From positions 390,001-422,000 of the forward strand of contig NZ_CP107255.1 of the NCBI RefSeq assembly GCF_029232205.1: a stretch of 32,000 nucleotides of DNA. Direction: 5' to 3'. Under the pieces are notes generated by a model. It did not search any database and had not been told where the DNA came from. It was given only the letters and a program-made list of their open reading frames with translations. How positions within the stretch are numbered: position 1 is the stretch's first letter; every line of letters begins with the position of its first letter. Both the position numbers and the translations under genes were made by a program. Shown here piece after piece: positions 14,827 to 23,441 of this stretch. Origin of the DNA: Candidatus Saccharimonadota bacterium. Lineage in GTDB: Archaea > Nanohalarchaeota > Nanosalinia > Nanosalinales > Nanosalinaceae.

Positions 14827-16164
14827 ATGGAAGTAAAGCCAGCAGAAGACATGGGATTCTCGCTATCCAAGTTTTTCAAGTACTCGGCAATCTCCGTTGC
14901 TTTGATTACTCTTGTTCTAGTTCCCAGCTTCATTACAAACACATACATCAGAACACTCAATACACTACTTCTCATCGCACTGATGGGTCTAGTAGGCAGA
15001 ACCTACTTCTCAGCAATATTCTCATTCAAAAACATAGAACCACCAGAGCTCAAAGACGAGCTACCATCAGTAAGCGTAGTAATACCTGCATACAACGAGG
15101 CCCAGGTACTGGAAGACACAATTGAGGCCTGCGCAGAAGTAGACTACCCAAGAGACAAATATGAAGTAGTGCTGTGCTATGAAGCGGCCTCAACGGACGG
15201 TACAGAAGAAATAGCAGAAAAAGCTGGCGAAAAATACGACTTCCTGAAAGCAGTAAAAAGAGATGAACCTGGCGGAGGAAAAGCCAAGGCCACAAATTAC
15301 GCTCTTGAATACGCTGAAAACGATATAATTGCAAGCATCGACGCTGATCACTGCTTCAAGCCAAATGCTATCAAGAGAGCAGTTAGATGGTTTGATGACG
15401 AAGATGTGTGGTGTATCAAAGGCCGCTGCTTCGGATATAACCCTACAGACTCGCTTCTATCGCTTCACGCAACAGTTGAAAGACACATTGCAGAGAAGAT
15501 CGATATATACGCAAGACAGATCTTTGGAGGATTCACTTTCTTCGGTGGAGGACAGGCCTTCTTCCGGAGCGAAGTATTCGAAGAAATAGGCTCGTTCGAC
15601 GAAGATATACTTGTAGAGGACATTGACATGTCCACAAAGATTCACCACAAAGGGAAGAAGATTGTTGTAGATCCGAAAGTTATCACGTATGAGGAGAACC
15701 CTGATACGTTACAGGCCTGGTGGAGCCAGAGAAAGAGATGGGCCCGTGGATGGATGCAGGTTGCTGTAAAACACACGATGGGCCTGACAGGAGACTCAGA
15801 TCTTTCAGTCACGAAGAGAATCGATGGAGCATACACACTGCTCTACGCAGTAGTCCCTACGTTCCTCATCCTTCTAATGCCGATGATGGTCCTCTCATAC
15901 CTGGGAGTCAACACAACAACCTACCTGCCTAATTCAGACATATTGTGGACTCTTGCAGGAATAGCTCCGGTAACACTATCCTACGTGGTGTTCTTCCAGG
16001 ACTTCATGCAGGGAGAAAAACATCACAAAGTAGAGTACTTCGCAGCAATCACCCTATGGGCCTACTTCTTCTTCCAGGCCTTCGTACACCTGACAGCATT
16101 CATAGAAGAGTTTATCTTCGACAAGAAAAGCGTGTACGTCACAACTTCAAGAGCAGAAGGATAA
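14827..16164 (+). CDS. membrane-embedded processive family-2 glycosyltransferase (polysaccharide synthase-like)
   Basis: VSVVIPAYNEA, SIDADH and QRKRWARGW (QxxRW). Transmembrane segments flank the catalytic domain. I prefer ATG 14827 over the TTG at 14809 because of the TATA spacing. Confidence 0.8.
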   Translation: MEVKPAEDMGFSLSKFFKYSAISVALITLVLVPSFITNTYIRTLNTLLLIALMGLVGRTYFSAIFSFKNIEPPELKDELPSVSVVIPAYNEAQVLEDTIEACAEVDYPRDKYEVVLCYEAASTDGTEEIAEKAGEKYDFLKAVKRDEPGGGKAKATNYALEYAENDIIASIDADHCFKPNAIKRAVRWFDDEDVWCIKGRCFGYNPTDSLLSLHATVERHIAEKIDIYARQIFGGFTFFGGGQAFFRSEVFEEIGSFDEDILVEDIDMSTKIHHKGKKIVVDPKVITYEENPDTLQAWWSQRKRWARGWMQVAVKHTMGLTGDSDLSVTKRIDGAYTLLYAVVPTFLILLMPMMVLSYLGVNTTTYLPNSDILWTLAGIAPVTLSYVVFFQDFMQGEKHHKVEYFAAITLWAYFFFQAFVHLTAFIEEFIFDKKSVYVTTSRAEG

Positions 16165-16181
16165 AAAAGAGAGGAGAACTT

Positions 16182-16415
16182 TTACTCCTCTGCTTCCTCC
16201 TCTTCTTTTGCTTCTCCCTGAACCTTGAACATTACCTCCATACCTTCTTCATCCGAGTAAATTCTTACAGGAACCTGATCGCCAATAGGCTGCGAGACCT
16301 TCCAATTCTCGGCCTCAAGCCTGACCGCGTCCTTTTCTCGTAATGCATCAATTATATCCTGCAGGAAATCTGCAGCTCCTTCTTTGCCAAGTACAAACTG
16401 TTTGTCAACACTCAT
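16182..16415 (-). CDS. small acidic protein, amphi-Trp-domain-like
   Basis: About 77 aa from MSVDKQF. It has a central Trp (EAENWKV) and an acidic tail EEEEAEE. ATG 16415 lies downstream of the predicted TSS, while the TTG at 16433 would lie upstream of it. Confidence 0.4.
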   Translation of the reverse strand: MSVDKQFVLGKEGAADFLQDIIDALREKDAVRLEAENWKVSQPIGDQVPVRIYSDEEGMEVMFKVQGEAKEEEEAEE

Positions 16416-16462
16416 GTTATCACAGAAAAACAATAGAAACTGGAAAAGTTAAAATAAAGGTC

Positions 16463-16482
16463 GAAAACCTGGAAAGGTTTTC
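16463..16482 (-). terminator. candidate terminator hairpin after the PAN-like gene
   Basis: GAAAACC/GGTTTTC 7-bp stem. On the minus strand it is followed by the T-rich CCTTTATTTT. Confidence 0.35.
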
Positions 16483-16511
16483 CTGTAAAAGCAAACTTGA
16501 AACAAGTTCGC

Positions 16512-17762
16512 TTATGCGAACATCTCGTTTGGATGAACTTTGCCATCTGACAGGAAGTCCTTCTCAACTCCCATGTTGCCCTCCTTCAGATCCTTGATAG
16601 CTGACTCGAAGTCATCCATATCGATCTCGACACCGGAAACATCCTCGTGTCTCTCAAGAGCATTTACAGCGGCCTGCTTGGCAATCTGCTTGATATCACG
16701 GCCTGTAAAGTCTTCCTCAAACTGCTCTGCAATAGCTGTATAGTTAACAGCATCTGCAACACTCATTCTGCGAGTATGGATTCTGAGAATCTCTTCCTTG
16801 GCATCTGTATCAGGTACAGGGACTTCGATCGCACTACATCTGTTCAGTAGGGCTGGATCCATTATGTCAGGAGTGTTGGTTGCGAAAATGCTGATTACAC
16901 CGGAATCCTTCTCAGTATCCAGGCCATCAAGCTCGGAAAGTAGCTGAGACATCGTACGCTCAACTTCCTCGCCACCGTGTCTCCTGTCATCAAGCCTCTT
17001 CTTTGCAATAGCATCAATTTCATCGATAAACACAATCGCAGGCTTATCGGATGCACGGGCCTGATCGTAGAGCCTCTTAACCTTCTTGGCGCCCTCTCCG
17101 ATGAACTTCTCGACCATCTGAGGGCCGTTAATCATGAACATATCTGCGTCGTATTCATTGGAAAGTGCCTTAACTAGGTGTGTCTTACCTGTTCCTGGCT
17201 TTCCGACTAGTAGCATTGATTTGTCCATCTCGATGCCCCATTCCTGCATCTTCTTGCTCTTATCCTCGTTAAGCTGTGCGCCGACATTGGATTTAAGCGA
17301 CTTGACAACGTGATCAAGGCCTCCAATGTCCTGGAATGTTACATCTGTCTCAATAGCATCGAACTCTGCGTCTTTTCCTTTTTCAACAATATCTGTTACC
17401 TTGAAAGTATTCGGGTCGAGAGCGACCTCGGTACCAGGTGTGAAATCCTCTGGATTGTATCCATTAGGAACTTCAACTCCGTAGCGGCCTTTCATGTTTC
17501 CTGAGGCCTCTACCCAGATTCTATCCCCGTCAAATTCGGATACAACAACTCCTCTCATTACAGGAGTCTTTAAGTTTGTAGAATTAGGGTTATCGTTCTT
17601 TTTCTGCTGGAAGTATTGCGGGAACTGAACTTTCTGCTCCTTACCAGCTTCTTGATCTTTTCCTTCGTCATTATTTTCCTGATTAACGTCTTTATCGCTC
17701 ATTTCGATCACCCAGTAACGAATCCGGTCCAGAAAACCTCTGATAATTTTCACAGGCCGCAT
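16512..17762 (-). CDS. pan: proteasome-activating nucleotidase (PAN)-like AAA+ ATPase, divergent
   Basis: OB-like segment RGVVVSEFDGDRIWVEASG...GTEVALD. Walker A GKPGTGKT. Pore loop KFIGEG. Walker B IVFIDEIDA. Sensor-1 ATN. I chose ATG 17762 because the palindromic TATA TTTATAAA (17791-17798) lies 29 nt upstream. An alternative ATG lies at 17702. Confidence 0.8.
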   Translation of the reverse strand: MRPVKIIRGFLDRIRYWVIEMSDKDVNQENNDEGKDQEAGKEQKVQFPQYFQQKKNDNPNSTNLKTPVMRGVVVSEFDGDRIWVEASGNMKGRYGVEVPNGYNPEDFTPGTEVALDPNTFKVTDIVEKGKDAEFDAIETDVTFQDIGGLDHVVKSLKSNVGAQLNEDKSKKMQEWGIEMDKSMLLVGKPGTGKTHLVKALSNEYDADMFMINGPQMVEKFIGEGAKKVKRLYDQARASDKPAIVFIDEIDAIAKKRLDDRRHGGEEVERTMSQLLSELDGLDTEKDSGVISIFATNTPDIMDPALLNRCSAIEVPVPDTDAKEEILRIHTRRMSVADAVNYTAIAEQFEEDFTGRDIKQIAKQAAVNALERHEDVSGVEIDMDDFESAIKDLKEGNMGVEKDFLSDGKVHPNEMFA

Positions 17763-17891
17763 TCGCACACCCAAAAATGACTGTCTTATCTTTATAAATC
17801 AAATTAGCTGGGCCCAAAGATTAGTTAAAAACCTTCCTGAAATCTCTTCCCGATCGCCTTTTAACTCTTCGGTTCTAATCTGGATAAGGTT

Positions 17892-19295
17892 ATGAAAAAT
17901 ACAAAAATTGTATCAACTATAGGGCCGGCAACGGACACAAAAGAAAAGCTCGCAGAAATAATAGACTCTGGAGTCGACGTAGTCAGACAGAACTTCTCAC
18001 ACGTCGACCACGAGCAGCACGGTAAAATATTTGACAGAATCCGAGATGTATCGGAGAAAACCGCAGTAATGATCGACACCAAAGGCCCTGAAATCAGGCT
18101 GGGCGAAGTAGAAGAAGGCACAGAACTGGAAACAGGCCACAACGTAGAAATAACAACAGAAGAAATCACAGGAAACAAGGAAAAACTATCGGTAAACTAC
18201 AAGGACTTCATCAATCACATCGAGGCCGGTGACGAAGTAAGAATAGATGACGGAAAAATCGAACTCGAAGTAGAAAAAGTCGGCGAAACAGCAGAATGCA
18301 CAGTAGTATATGGAGGCGAAGTATCCAGCAGAAAGGCAGTAAACGTGCCAGGAGAAGACATTGGACTACAGGCCCCAACAAAGAAAGACGTTGAAGACAT
18401 CGAATTCGCAGCAGAAAAAGGATACGACTTCGTATCGCTCAGCTTCGTAAAAGAGGCCTCAGATGTCGAAGAAGTCAGAGAAATCCTGGAAGAACACGAC
18501 TCCGACATGCACATCATCTCCAAGATCGAACACAAGAAAGCAGTTGAAAACTTTGATGAAATTCTCGAGGCCTCCGATGCCATCATGGTTGCAAGAGGAG
18601 ATCTCGGAGTAGAGCTTCCGGCAGCACAGCTTCCTATGATGCAGAAAGAAATGATCGAGAAATGCAACAAGGCCGGCAAACCTGTAATTACTGCTACACA
18701 GATGCTTGAATCCATGACAGAAAACCCTACTGCTACGAGAGCAGAAATCTCTGACGTAGCAAACGCAGTTCTGGATGGTACTGATGCAGTCATGCTTTCA
18801 GGGGAAACAGCAATTGGAGAATATCCTGTCAAGACAGTAGATTTCATGGCTAATGTAGTTGAACAGGCAGAAAATTCTCTGAAGGATATCACTCATCACA
18901 CTGTCAAACAGCCGCCGGAATCCACACGCGAAATCATCTGTAAAAACGTATGGCAGGCCGGAAGAGACTCCGACGCAGAATACCTGGTGGCCCACACATC
19001 ATCAGGATCAACAGCGAGAAACATTGCAAAATACAGGCCTGAAAAACCGATTATCGCATTCACGGACTCCGAAAAAGTAGAGAGACAGCTGCAGCTGGCC
19101 TGGGGAGTACAGCCTTACTATGAGGAGTTCCCTTCCGATGTTGAAGGCATGCTAAAGGCCTCAGCTGAGAGAATGAAGACTCTCGACCTTGCAGAAGGAG
19201 ATGACGAGCTGGTCTTCTCAGCAGGAATTCCTACCTGTGTCACAGGAACCACCAACATGATGCAGATAAGGACTGTGGGCGATATACTGAACTAG
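17892..19295 (+). CDS. pyk: pyruvate kinase
   Basis: TKIVSTIGPA, TKGPEIR and MVARGDLGVE. 467 aa. Confidence 0.92.
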   Translation: MKNTKIVSTIGPATDTKEKLAEIIDSGVDVVRQNFSHVDHEQHGKIFDRIRDVSEKTAVMIDTKGPEIRLGEVEEGTELETGHNVEITTEEITGNKEKLSVNYKDFINHIEAGDEVRIDDGKIELEVEKVGETAECTVVYGGEVSSRKAVNVPGEDIGLQAPTKKDVEDIEFAAEKGYDFVSLSFVKEASDVEEVREILEEHDSDMHIISKIEHKKAVENFDEILEASDAIMVARGDLGVELPAAQLPMMQKEMIEKCNKAGKPVITATQMLESMTENPTATRAEISDVANAVLDGTDAVMLSGETAIGEYPVKTVDFMANVVEQAENSLKDITHHTVKQPPESTREIICKNVWQAGRDSDAEYLVAHTSSGSTARNIAKYRPEKPIIAFTDSEKVERQLQLAWGVQPYYEEFPSDVEGMLKASAERMKTLDLAEGDDELVFSAGIPTCVTGTTNMMQIRTVGDILN

Positions 19296-19346
19296 TAGTT
19301 CTTTGCCACTCCCAAGTAATAAATTATTTCTCTTCTTATTTTTTCT

Positions 19347-20147
19347 ATGAGCTGGGAAACTCTTTCAGAGCTTCAGGAATACGATGAAGTAACGAACTCG
19401 TACACCAATCAGGTCTATGAAACTGATGGCTCATTTGTTAAGGTGTTCGATCAGGTATCTTCTACTACAGTCGCCAGAGCTCTAAAAACTGCGGTGAAAG
19501 GGGACTTTGACTGGGTTTCTGCAGAGGAAAGAAGTGTAAAAGAGAGGAATGCCGGCCAGATCCTAGAACCATACGGAATACCAGTTCCAGAAGTAATAGA
19601 CTATGGAACATTAGATGGTGGGAAACAGTATGTCGAACTAGACTCTATTGAAGGCCCTGATGCATTCAGCTTTCTATACAACGATGCTGACACGGAGCAG
19701 GCAGAAAAATTCGGGAGAATCGAAGGCCACAGACTCAACGCTCTCCACCAGGATGGGATTTCTCCAGTTGACAGCGGATGGGCAAACAGGATAGTAACTG
19801 ACAACAATGTCTGGTGGATAGACAACGAATTTCTGACAACAGAAGCCACTGCAGCAGAAATGCAGGGAGATCTTGAAAAATTCTACAGAGCGGCCTTGAG
19901 ACTTCCAGAAGAAAAATTCGATGCAGTGACCGAAGGATTCGAACAGAGCTACGGAGACTCTTTCTCAGAAAGAGATACTGTAGAGGCCACAATTTACGAC
20001 ACGGTCGTAGGCGGCCTGCTAAACCCAAGAGAGGAAACAGCAAACACCTTGAGAAACGTAAGTTCCGAACTTTTCCAGCAGGAAGAAGAGGAAGAGCTAG
20101 AAATTCCAGAACACGAAGACGTACTGGAAATGCTAGAGAAGGCCTGA
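19347..20147 (+). CDS. hypothetical protein with an atypical protein-kinase-like/phosphotransferase fold
   Basis: VKVF (Lys), LHQDGISPVDSGWANRIV (D....N) and WWIDNEF (DFG-equivalent Asp) lie in the order and spacing of small RIO/Bud32/APH-like kinases. There is no Gly-rich loop. Confidence 0.35.
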   Translation: MSWETLSELQEYDEVTNSYTNQVYETDGSFVKVFDQVSSTTVARALKTAVKGDFDWVSAEERSVKERNAGQILEPYGIPVPEVIDYGTLDGGKQYVELDSIEGPDAFSFLYNDADTEQAEKFGRIEGHRLNALHQDGISPVDSGWANRIVTDNNVWWIDNEFLTTEATAAEMQGDLEKFYRAALRLPEEKFDAVTEGFEQSYGDSFSERDTVEATIYDTVVGGLLNPREETANTLRNVSSELFQQEEEEELEIPEHEDVLEMLEKA

Positions 20148-20175
20148 AAAATTAATTCAGAAAAACTGCAGAAAA

Positions 20176-20250
20176 CGAGCCCGTAGGGATTTGAACCCTA
20201 GACCTAGCGGTCCGAAGCCGCTCGCTCTGTCCAAGCTGAGCTACGGGCCC
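20176..20250 (-). tRNA. tRNA-Arg (anticodon UCG)
   Basis: Cloverleaf folded by hand: acceptor GGGCCCG/CGGGCTC, D stem GCTC/GAGC, anticodon stem AGCGG/CCGCT with loop CTTCGGA, T arm TAGGG-TTCAAAT-CCCTA. No encoded CCA. Confidence 0.9.
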
Positions 20251-20401
20251 TTCTACGTAAAACATACTTCGGGTGGAAAAGTTAAATAACACGGCAGGAG
20301 GATTCAAAGAATCCCATATAACCGCTGACGTATGCGATAACATGTATTTTCGCATCTCTCCTACCAAGATATTTTATTTAGGGGAGGCCCAATACCAGTT
20401 A

Positions 20402-20980
20402 ATGGGCTTTGGCTCTGACATAGTATATGAAGAGAAGGGCAGGAATTTCATACTTTCAATGGCTATCTCAGTGATTTTTCTGGGAGTGGCCGCAGATGCA
20501 TTCTTCAGTGCAAGCTACACCTGGCTGATTCTTTCAAGCATGGTATTTTTACTTTCGGTAACGCCGGCTCTGGTCAAAAGAGATACGGTGGCAGCGCCAT
20601 GGGAACTTTTGCTACTGGTATCGCTGCCTTTTATGCATCGGGCCTTTGATCTGGCAGTTCTGAGCAGTATCGCAGTAAGCTACATTTCCGTAGCAGGGGC
20701 CTCGCTCCTGATAGTAGTTGAGATAGATGAATTCACATCTCTAAGAACTAACTCTTTCTTTGCCACGTTCCTCACGGCCACAGTAACTGTGGCAATGGCA
20801 GGTTTCTGGTCGCTGATCAGATGGTTCTCCGATATCTACCTCGGAACAGCGCTGATAACTTCTGAAGAACATCTCATGTGGGAGTTCACGGCAGCTACAG
20901 TCACAGGAGTATTATTCGGACTGCTCTTCCACTTCTACTTCAAGAGAAGACTTCCAGCAGTCGGAGGTGAAACAAAATGA
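20402..20980 (+). CDS. hypothetical integral membrane protein
   Basis: Start at ATG 20402, with TATA-like ATTTTATTTA at 20371-20380. The track start at 20273 is GTG and abuts the tRNA. Multiple transmembrane segments. Confidence 0.55.
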   Translation: MGFGSDIVYEEKGRNFILSMAISVIFLGVAADAFFSASYTWLILSSMVFLLSVTPALVKRDTVAAPWELLLLVSLPFMHRAFDLAVLSSIAVSYISVAGASLLIVVEIDEFTSLRTNSFFATFLTATVTVAMAGFWSLIRWFSDIYLGTALITSEEHLMWEFTAATVTGVLFGLLFHFYFKRRLPAVGGETK

Positions 20981-21639
20981 GATTGCTGAGGAGAATAGGC
21001 CTTAACTCAAAAAGACAACGCCAGTTAACAAGAATACTTCAGACCTCACTTGTGCTTATAGCAGCTGTCGGAGTAATTGAAGGGGTTTTCAGCATAACTA
21101 TCAACGCCCTTATCTCGCTGGCAGTAACTTTTGCACCAACATATCTTGAAAGAGACTTCAACATAACACTGGATCCAGCACTCGCACTGTGGATCACACT
21201 GGCAGTATTCCTCCACAGCTTTGGAGCACTGGGCCCATACAAGAATATCTGGTGGTGGGATCACATGACACATGCGCTTTCATCATCAATTGTAGCGGCC
21301 TCTGGTTACATCGCTGTGAGAGCCCTCGACCAGCACTCAGAAGAGATTCACTTCCCTTCAAAGTTCATGCCGGTATTCCTGGTGGCCTTTGTCATGGCCT
21401 TCGGTGTAATATGGGAGGTTATCGAGTTCATGACTGGCCTGATGGCACAGTATACTGGAACCAAGGTACTCACACAGTACGGCCTGGAAGACACGATGAA
21501 GGATCTACTTTTTGACTCGGCCGGAGCACTACTCATCGCACTGTTCGGAGAGGCCTATCTCTCAGGACTAATCGATCAGGCTGTGGAAAAACTTGAGGAG
21601 AAAGTCCCTGGCGTCGAGCAACTTCTTCCTGACCAGTGA
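20977..21639 (+). CDS. hypothetical integral membrane protein
   Basis: ATGA overlap with the upstream gene. Conserved-looking WWWDHMTHALSSS and WEVIEF motifs. 220 aa. Confidence 0.55.
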   Translation: MRLLRRIGLNSKRQRQLTRILQTSLVLIAAVGVIEGVFSITINALISLAVTFAPTYLERDFNITLDPALALWITLAVFLHSFGALGPYKNIWWWDHMTHALSSSIVAASGYIAVRALDQHSEEIHFPSKFMPVFLVAFVMAFGVIWEVIEFMTGLMAQYTGTKVLTQYGLEDTMKDLLFDSAGALLIALFGEAYLSGLIDQAVEKLEEKVPGVEQLLPDQ

Positions 21640-22149
21640 ATAAAACCCGCCGATAATAACTGAAGCCACAACAACTTTCTGGGCCTCAGGATAGCCATTC
21701 AGCAGAGGATAGAGAGAAGCTCCAAGAAAAACAGTTAGTAGAAAATCCTCCGGGGCACCATCGTATCTGATAATCTGAAGAGGCGGAAACCACTTATCCA
21801 GAGAATGAGAGTAGACTCCCTTGTCAGTAGTACCTTCCCACGGCCTCTCCTCAAGGCCTCCACCAAGAATATCAATCCATGAATGAAGCCAGGCAGAAGC
21901 CGTAAAGTAAGAGGCCAGAACAACGTAGTAGTTTCCTGTAGCTGCAGCCGCACCAATCAATACCGATGAAAGAACAGTATAACCTACTGGAAAATGCAGA
22001 CTCTCGCGGTGCTTCCACGCCAGATCAAGATCGGGGAAAAGGCCTCCAAGAAAACCTGCTGCAACTGCTGCCAGAAAAAGTTCTGGCGTGAAAAACATGC
22101 TTGAAGCACCCAGAAGGCCTCCCATCAGTGCGTGTGTAACTCCCATCAT
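21568..22149 (-). CDS. membrane-bound metal-dependent hydrolase (YdjM/DUF457-like)
   Basis: N-terminus MMGVTHALMGGLLG is typical of the family. Hydrophobic throughout. The 3' end overlaps the convergent gene by 72 nt. Confidence 0.5.
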   Translation of the reverse strand: MMGVTHALMGGLLGASSMFFTPELFLAAVAAGFLGGLFPDLDLAWKHRESLHFPVGYTVLSSVLIGAAAATGNYYVVLASYFTASAWLHSWIDILGGGLEERPWEGTTDKGVYSHSLDKWFPPLQIIRYDGAPEDFLLTVFLGASLYPLLNGYPEAQKVVVASVIIGGFYSLVRKKLLDARDFLLKFFHSLID

Positions 22150-22226
22150 TTTCAGTAAAACCTCGCTTCAGCTTTCATACAGTATTTCAGCAAATCTTTT
22201 TCAATCTAGGCCTTTCTCTCCTGTTT

Positions 22227-22658
22227 ATGTGGAAAAAAGTACTGATAGCAAGTATTCTGGTTGTCGCATCTGGCTGTGCACAGTTAACCGGCGAAGGCCC
22301 TTCCGAGGAACCTTCAGCAGCTGAAGATGCTATTAATCAGCAGGTAATTCAGGACACGGAAGTTGAGATTGTTTCAGTCTACGGTGAGAGTTCTCAGATG
22401 AATGTTGTAGCCTCCAATCAGGGTTCGACAGTTATCAAAGAAGGAGAGCTCGAGTTCACTCTGGACAGAAACGGCCAGGAAACGGTTCTTGAATGTGAGA
22501 ACCCGGAACTGGATGCAGGAGACACTTTCACCTGTCAGACAACTCAACAATTTCCGGATCAACAATCATCTTTCGAGATCAGCGTTGAATTCAAAGACAC
22601 AGTTCTGACAACTGCAGAGTGTACTGTAGAATCAGAGGTAGCAGCAACCTGTCAGTAG
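22227..22658 (+). CDS. secreted lipoprotein with a beta-rich (CARDB/Ig-like) domain
   Basis: Signal peptide plus lipobox VASGC. The pattern NVVASNQGSTV...LDAGDTFT resembles CARDB-type domains. Four further Cys residues. Confidence 0.5.
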   Translation: MWKKVLIASILVVASGCAQLTGEGPSEEPSAAEDAINQQVIQDTEVEIVSVYGESSQMNVVASNQGSTVIKEGELEFTLDRNGQETVLECENPELDAGDTFTCQTTQQFPDQQSSFEISVEFKDTVLTTAECTVESEVAATCQ

Positions 22659-22707
22659 TTGTCACTGAAAAAACATAAAAAATTCTGCTTTCCTTTTTTC
22701 TTTCTAT

Positions 22708-23148
22708 ATGACTGACAAACTCTACCACGGAAGAGGCGATGAAGGCCTTAGAGATATTGCTGAAACAGGTATTATCCAGGGCCATCCGATTGATGACGAC
22801 GATGTTTTCCCGAGGATGGGTCTTGAAAGAGACTCCTATGACAAGGATCAGGCTATCTGGGTAACTGATAGCAGAGCATGCGCGAAGGCCTATGCATGGG
22901 GAGGAGGATACCTGGAAATTAATCCTGAAAATGTAAAAGTGATAGAGGACTCTGACTCGTGCTACGATGTAATAATGAGGGAGGAACTTCCTCTGCATCA
23001 TGTAGAGAGAATAATGGTGGAGAACAGGGAAGGGCCTAGAGATGAACCTCAGAGAGATCTGGATATAGAAATAGCGAATCTACTGGATGAAGAACACCAG
23101 GACATAAAGATCGGATCTTACGAACCGAACGATCTAACTATAGAATAA
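22708..23148 (+). CDS. hypothetical protein, possibly ADP-ribosyltransferase-fold-like
   Basis: LYHGRGDEGLRDIAETGI, then AIWVTDSRACAKAYA, then CYDVIMREELP. This recalls the H/Y/E strand order of ART-fold proteins (the Tpt1/KptA C-lobe or PARP-like). The match is weak and made by eye only. Confidence 0.25.
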   Translation: MTDKLYHGRGDEGLRDIAETGIIQGHPIDDDDVFPRMGLERDSYDKDQAIWVTDSRACAKAYAWGGGYLEINPENVKVIEDSDSCYDVIMREELPLHHVERIMVENREGPRDEPQRDLDIEIANLLDEEHQDIKIGSYEPNDLTIE

Positions 23149-23153
23149 CTTTT

Positions 23154-23405
23154 CTACTCCTCTTCTTCATCTTCCACTAAGGCATCGATCTGGTAAGTCT
23201 TCTGACACTGTGGATAGCCCTCGCATCCCCAGAAATAGCCGTAACGGCCCTCCTTAATTTTCATAGGCATTCCGCACTCTGGACAGGCCACATCTCTTGG
23301 CTCATCTTCCTTATGCTTCTTGCATACCGGCTGTCCCGCGGAATTTTTTGTAGTAGCGCTCTTCCCGCAGAACACGCATTTCGTCATTGCTGTTTCCTGT
23401 GGCAT
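23154..23405 (-). CDS. stand-alone topoisomerase-type C4 zinc-finger protein
   Basis: CPECGMPMKIKEGRYGYFWGCEGYPQCQKT matches the zf-C4_Topoisom pattern. An additional N-terminal CVFCG...CKKH knuckle is present. Confidence 0.7.
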   Translation of the reverse strand: MPQETAMTKCVFCGKSATTKNSAGQPVCKKHKEDEPRDVACPECGMPMKIKEGRYGYFWGCEGYPQCQKTYQIDALVEDEEEE

Positions 23406-23441
23406 AATCAGTTGTTTCCTCGCAAAGATTATAACACCGAT

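Noticed and set aside
19309-19315. A fourth CTCCCAA copy just upstream of the TATA-like box of gene 19347, as evidence for a promoter motif
   Set aside because: A 7-mer is expected several times by chance in 32 kb on two strands. This copy is not in a hairpin, so the significance rests only on the clustered hairpin-loop copies at 6849-6933.
20152-20367. 71-aa minus-strand ORF
   Set aside because: It is almost entirely occupied by tRNA-Arg (20176-20250) and its flanks, so it is an artefact.
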